DNA of 64,000 nucleotides from an uncultured Actinomycetota bacterium (GTDB lineage Bacteria; Actinomycetota; Actinomycetes; Mycobacteriales; Pseudonocardiaceae): NCBI GenBank assembly GCA_963727495.1, contig CAVSGQ010000014.1, positions 351,051 to 415,050 of the forward strand, read 5' to 3'. Shown piece by piece: positions 59,672 to 64,000 of this stretch (position 1 is its first letter; each line of letters starts with the position of its first letter). The notes under the pieces were generated by a model. It saw only the letters and a program-made list of their open reading frames with translations, ran no database searches and was not told where the DNA came from. The position numbers and the translations under genes were made by a program.

Positions 59672-61665
59672 CCTGGGTTCCACAGATCAGGGTGTTGGCT
59701 AGTCCGTGAATTGGTGGGTTGACCTGGGGATATACATGATTGCCCGGTGACGGGGCGTGTCACTAGGCGGTGGTGTTCGTGCTGGTCAGCGGGTTGCGGG
59801 AGTTGCTTCGTGGACGCGGTGGGGTTCTCGAGCCGAGGGCGGCGAGGATCTTGCGTTGGGCGGGGGTGATCTCGGTGCGCTGCCGGAAGGTGCCGGCGGG
59901 GCCGGTGAAGGTGCCGAGGTGGAGCCGGTCGAGTTCGCGGCGGATGTGCGGGCCAGGTCTGGCCGGTGGTGGTCTCGGTGATGCGGATCAGCAGCAGGGC
60001 GAGCCAGCAGAGGACGACATGGGCGCGGATGCGTTCCTCGAGCCGGTGGTAGACGGGCCGCAGGTCGATGATCTGCTTCATGTCCCGCCAGCCGCGCTCG
60101 ACTTCGAGGAGTTGCTTGTAGCCCAGCGCGATGTCCTCGGCGGACAGGTGCGGGTCGGAGCAGCGCAGCAGGTACTTGCCGTCGAGGTTCGCCTCGGCCT
60201 TGATCTTCGCGGCGTCGATGCGGAGCTGCCCGCCGGGGGTGGTGCGCAGGTAGCGGTTCAGGCCGGGCTTGGTCGGAGATCTGCCCGCGCAGCTCGCCGC
60301 GTTTGATCGTCGGCTGAGCTTGTCGGTGCCCTCGATCAGCTCGGTCGAGCTGGGCGACGAGCTGTTCGCGGACCGCTGCGTCGCGGTTGGCGGCTTCGGG
60401 GTTGTGGCAGATCACGAACCGTTCGGTCTCGCGAGATCCGGACTTCCTTGACCCGCATGTTCTCGGCGATGTCCTGGTAGCGGCCCTGGCGGGACAGCGC
60501 GGCCTTGACCTCGGCGCGAGCCGGAGCGGAGCTTCTCGCCGATGATGTAGTGCGTCGTCGCCTGCCGTAGGTAGCGGCGGTTGCGTCGGAGGAGAAGCCG
60601 CGGTCGGCGACCCACACGATCTTGCGACAGGGTCCAGTCCCGCATGTCGTCCTTGACCTGCCGGATCAGCGCCTGGTCGCCGGTGTTGCCGGGCCAGGAC
60701 CAGACCCGCACCGGGATCCCGTCGCGGGTGACGGCCATCCCGATCACGATCTGCGGCAGATCGTCGCGGGAGTCCTTCGACTTGCCGAAGGTGCGGAACC
60801 CCGCCGTGGCTCGCCGTCGCCGTCGCCGTCGTCCTGGCTGTCGTCGTTGTCGCGGAGCGGGCGCCGTGTTCGTCGCGGGCGACGGGCTCGTCGGGTTCCT
60901 CGAGTTCGAAGTAGGTGCTGGTGGTGTCGAAGAACAGCAGGTCGACCTCGAGGTTAGCAGGTTCGCGACCTCGTCGAAGACACCGCTTCTCCAGCGTTGT
61001 CGCGCACCTCGTGCAGCCAGTCCATCGCCCGGTAGCAGGCGTCGTCGTCGCAGGTCCAGGCCGTCGATGTGCACGTCGTGGGTGATCCAGTCGGGCGGCG
61101 GCCAGCTTCGAGGACGGCGCCAGCGCCCGGTTGGCGACCAGGGCGAACAGCACCCGCTCGACCCGCTCCCCCGCCGGCGCCCGGCAAGCAGCCGCGTATC
61201 GCCGCGTCGATGCCCAGCCGACGCCACAGCCCGTCCAGCACGTGGGTGCCACCCAGCGGCCGCGACTCGGTGAAGGTCAACCCGGCCGGACCGCCACCAG
61301 CCAACGCGTCAGCCGGGTCCAGCAACCGGGTCAACGCCCCGATCAACCGGCGGACGCCCTCGACATCGAGGTCGTCCTCACGGCCGAAGGAGTACAGCAC
61401 CTTCGTCCGCGACACACCGGCCGCAGCGTCCCACTCGTTGTGGGCCAACTGCAGATACCGGATGACTTGGCCGTCCTTGGTCTTCCGCGTCGATGCCTTC
61501 ACATACACGGACTAGACCATAACAGCGAACACCCAGATCAAGCCACCATCATCCACCAAAGCGTGTCACTAGGCGAATCCGCGATTTTCACTAGCGGCCA
61601 CCGCCCTGACCTGCAGCATCATCCGCCACGCCGACCAGAACAGGCCCGCAACTGTGGAACGCAGG
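59672..61665 (-). mobile_element. IS1634-family element copy 2, full length, multiply frameshifted
   Basis: Ends CCTGGGTTCCACAG and CCTGCGTTCCACAG; ATG at 61508 (MYVKASTRK); no matching TSD. Confidence 0.9.
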
Positions 61666-61689
61666 TAGCGCAGGGCTCGCCTTGGCGAC

Positions 61690-62124
61690 GCGCGCCGTCG
61701 GCGCCCACCCGCGTGGCCGTTGGTGATCATCGGCCTTGCTGCCGCCGTATCCGTGTGGTCCGGGTGGGTCGGCCTCGGCCACCTCGCCGGCTTCGGCACG
61801 ATCCAACCTCTCCCCGGCGTGTGGGACGACCTCCACATCAACACCGCGGTCGTGCTACCCATCTCCGTCGAGGCCTACGCCGCGTATGCATTGCGCTGTT
61901 GGCTCACCGTACGCACCATCACCCCACGCGCCAGAACGTTTGCCCGCTGCTCCGCGATCACCAGCCTGACCATCGGTGCCGTCGCACAGATCGCCTTCCA
62001 CCTCATGACCGCCGCAGATCTCGACCATGCGCCCTGGCCCGTCACCGTCGGCGTCGCCACCATCCCCGTCATCGTCCTCGGCCTGGCCACCGCCTTGGCC
62101 AACCTCATCAGCACACCCGAATGA
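61690..62124 (+). pseudogene. Integrative-element Spd-like membrane protein, copy 2 (5' end cut by IS1634)
   Basis: Paralog of 41400-41857, without the deletion. Confidence 0.6.
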
Positions 62125-62278
62125 CGTGGCGTGACAGGAAGGCCTATCCACCGCGTCAAGGGGGCAGTCCCAGCGCATTTCCAAGACCGACTAACGCGCC
62201 CCGTTGACCCGGCACGATCGGGCTACGCCAGGTCGACGGGATGGCAGGAAGCCCCTCCTTGTGATGGGGATCTCACAT

Positions 62279-62314
62279 CTCACCATGACAAGGTGATACC
62301 ACGCGTGTTATCGT
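62279..62314 (+). promoter_or_regulatory. TA operon promoter/operator
   Basis: TCACC-N7-GGTGA and GATACCAC-GC-GTGTTATC inverted repeats; TATCGT -10 box 6 nt before a leaderless GTG. Confidence 0.5.
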
Positions 62315-62320
62315 AGTCGG

Positions 62321-62656
62321 GTGACCTACGACGTCCGACTGCATCCAGCGTCGGATGCTGAGCTCAGCAAGCTTCCGACGAGGGAGAGGTCTGCCGTCGT
62401 CACTGTCATCGACAAGCTGCGAGCGCTCGGAGCGCAGCTGCCGTACCCTCACTCCAGCAACATACAAACGGCCAACAACCTGAGAGAGCTTCGCCCAAGG
62501 CAGGGACGGAGTCCGTGGCGAGCGTTCTACAGGCAGATCAAACAAGTGTTCGTAGTCGCGGGAATAGGCCCGGAGGCCGAACAGGACCCGAAAGGCTTCC
62601 ACAAGGCCGTCAACCTGGCAGAACAACGACTAGACGAACTGGAGGACGACGAATGA
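62321..62656 (+). CDS. RelE/HigB (Gp49-like) toxin
   Basis: LGAQLPYPHSS, LRELRPRQGRSPWRAFY. Confidence 0.85.
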   Translation: MTYDVRLHPASDAELSKLPTRERSAVVTVIDKLRALGAQLPYPHSSNIQTANNLRELRPRQGRSPWRAFYRQIKQVFVVAGIGPEAEQDPKGFHKAVNLAEQRLDELEDDE

Positions 62657-62967
62657 AGCTATCCGATCTCAAGTCCCTCGACCAGGTCGTCGAAGCGCAG
62701 CGCCAGGACGAGGACTTTCGTGTCGAATGGGACCGCACCGCGTTTGCTCGCGAAGTTGCGAACCGAGTCATCCAATATCGCGCACAGCATGGGCTCAGTC
62801 AACGTGACCTGGCCGCCATCGTCGACCTGGTTCAGCCCCACATAGCGCGTCTTGAGAAGGCCGAACATCAGCCTTCCTTCGAAACTCTAGCCAAATTGAG
62901 CAGAGCAACTGGTCTAGAGTTTCGATTTGAAGTAACTGATGGAAGCGTTGAACTAGTGTCGGCGTAG
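62653..62967 (+). CDS. HigA-like XRE HTH antitoxin
   Basis: LSQRDLAAIVDLVQPHIARLEKA HTH; ATGA overlap with the toxin. Confidence 0.85.
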   Translation: MKLSDLKSLDQVVEAQRQDEDFRVEWDRTAFAREVANRVIQYRAQHGLSQRDLAAIVDLVQPHIARLEKAEHQPSFETLAKLSRATGLEFRFEVTDGSVELVSA

Positions 62968-63473
62968 TGTCATCGGCAGGTATGGACCCAGATGGGCTCG
63001 ATACGATCGGGCACTGGGTGCGAACTGTTCTCGCGGGTGATCCCAAACGCACGCTCTGGACGACCCTAGATGACAAACTTCGCTTGGCACTTGCCCAAGG
63101 ATGGGTACTAGGTACCCTTGGCCATCCCGACGATGACCTAGCCGAGGATCTCGCCGACGAGGAAACCGACCACCCCCAATTCACGGCGATGTTGGAACAT
63201 CTTGTGGATGGGTGGCAGTCAGTGTATGCGGACCTACAAAGCAAGTTCGGAGTACTCGATCGAACGTTCATCGTTGGCGTCGATATGGAGCTCATTGTAC
63301 TGGCGGGCTCCGACTACGTCGGAGAAGTTCCCGCAGGTACGGGCATACCAGCGCATTGCTTCATAATTCGATTCGAGAATGATGAGTGGAGGATCGCAGC
63401 ACTGGCACGGAGTGTTCCTGTCCCTGGTTGGCCCCCAACGGAACAGGTCGTTCCCGGTTTGGAGTTCAGTTGA
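62967..63473 (+). CDS. Hypothetical acidic protein coupled to the TA operon
   Basis: 168-aa ORF whose GTG overlaps the antitoxin stop. Confidence 0.55.
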   Translation: MSSAGMDPDGLDTIGHWVRTVLAGDPKRTLWTTLDDKLRLALAQGWVLGTLGHPDDDLAEDLADEETDHPQFTAMLEHLVDGWQSVYADLQSKFGVLDRTFIVGVDMELIVLAGSDYVGEVPAGTGIPAHCFIIRFENDEWRIAALARSVPVPGWPPTEQVVPGLEFS

Positions 63474-64000
63474 ACGCTCCTCACCTGCTGTTGGCACTTT
63501 TGTGCGCCAACAGAAGGCCAACAGCGAGCGAATACCGAGGTGCCAATTCCTGTTGCACCGACCCACTCCCTGGCCCTCACCCGATCGTGTCGACAGCAGG
63601 CTCCTGGCACGACACCACGACCATCGATGACCACAGGCGCCGATGACGTGCGCCCCCACTCCCAAGGTGAAGACCCGGGCGATCGCGTCGATGCCATGCT
63701 CACATCCTCGTCGCTCGGCAATGTGGATGCATTCCACGGTCCGCGTCCATCCAGGCCGTCCGCATCATCGACGTCCACCGGATCGGGCCGAACTCCGCCG
63801 AGCAGCAATGCCAGCCCGACTACCTCCCGCTGCCGATGATGTCCATGGCTACGTACCAACGTTCTCCACATCTGGCGGTTCACCACCTCATCTGGCAGCC
63901 GCGATCCGGAGCGGTCCGTTCGCGGACATCATGTACGTCCAGCACGGCGAGCTGTGTCCCGCGCAGAGCCGAACCGTCGGAATCAGGCTCCAACGCCTCT

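Noticed and set aside
1-64000. Many long Arg/Pro/Ala-rich ORFs in the six-frame track (e.g. 4936-7143, 5172-7718, 7770-10484, 34273-36378, 56778-58199)
   Set aside because: Shadow frames of real high-GC genes; no motifs and wrong codon-position bias.
1-64000. CRISPR array, tRNA or rRNA genes
   Set aside because: No repeat-spacer array or recognisable structural RNA gene was seen; the only long repeats are coding repeats and IS copies.
63480-64000. ORFs at the right edge of the window
   Set aside because: Overlapping short frames with no recognisable product, possibly a degraded gene running off the window.

Overview
High-GC actinomycete accessory region; no housekeeping genes, rRNA, tRNA or CRISPR array were seen. 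It has four parts. (1) 1-11 kb: an MDR and an SDR oxidoreductase, a secreted hydrophobic protein, a small type VII secretion (WXG100-like) cassette divergent from an HTH-NB-ARC-TPR regulator, and a two-component system with an ABC exporter. (2) 11-26 kb: a decayed PKS fragment, an orphan gene with ADP-ribosyltransferase-like motifs, and a nested stack of mobile elements: IS66, two IS3 elements, a group II intron inserted at an IS3 frameshift site, IS1380 and IS1634. (3) 26-38 kb: a putative antagonism island with three secreted peptidoglycan-directed proteins carrying near-identical repeats, a DesK/DesR-like system, a Cys-rich peptide with MauE and S26 remnants, and an intact ~1190-aa gene fusing a catalytically dead TnsB/Mu-type transposase to HTH-NB-ARC-TPR. 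(4) 38-64 kb: more IS and integrative-element debris, two toxin-antitoxin modules, and an intact IclR/TRAP/cyclase/TPP-enzyme/Zn-dehydrogenase catabolic cluster. Many genes carry single-base indels that may be sequencing errors or real decay. All family assignments come from motif recognition by eye; no database search was run.
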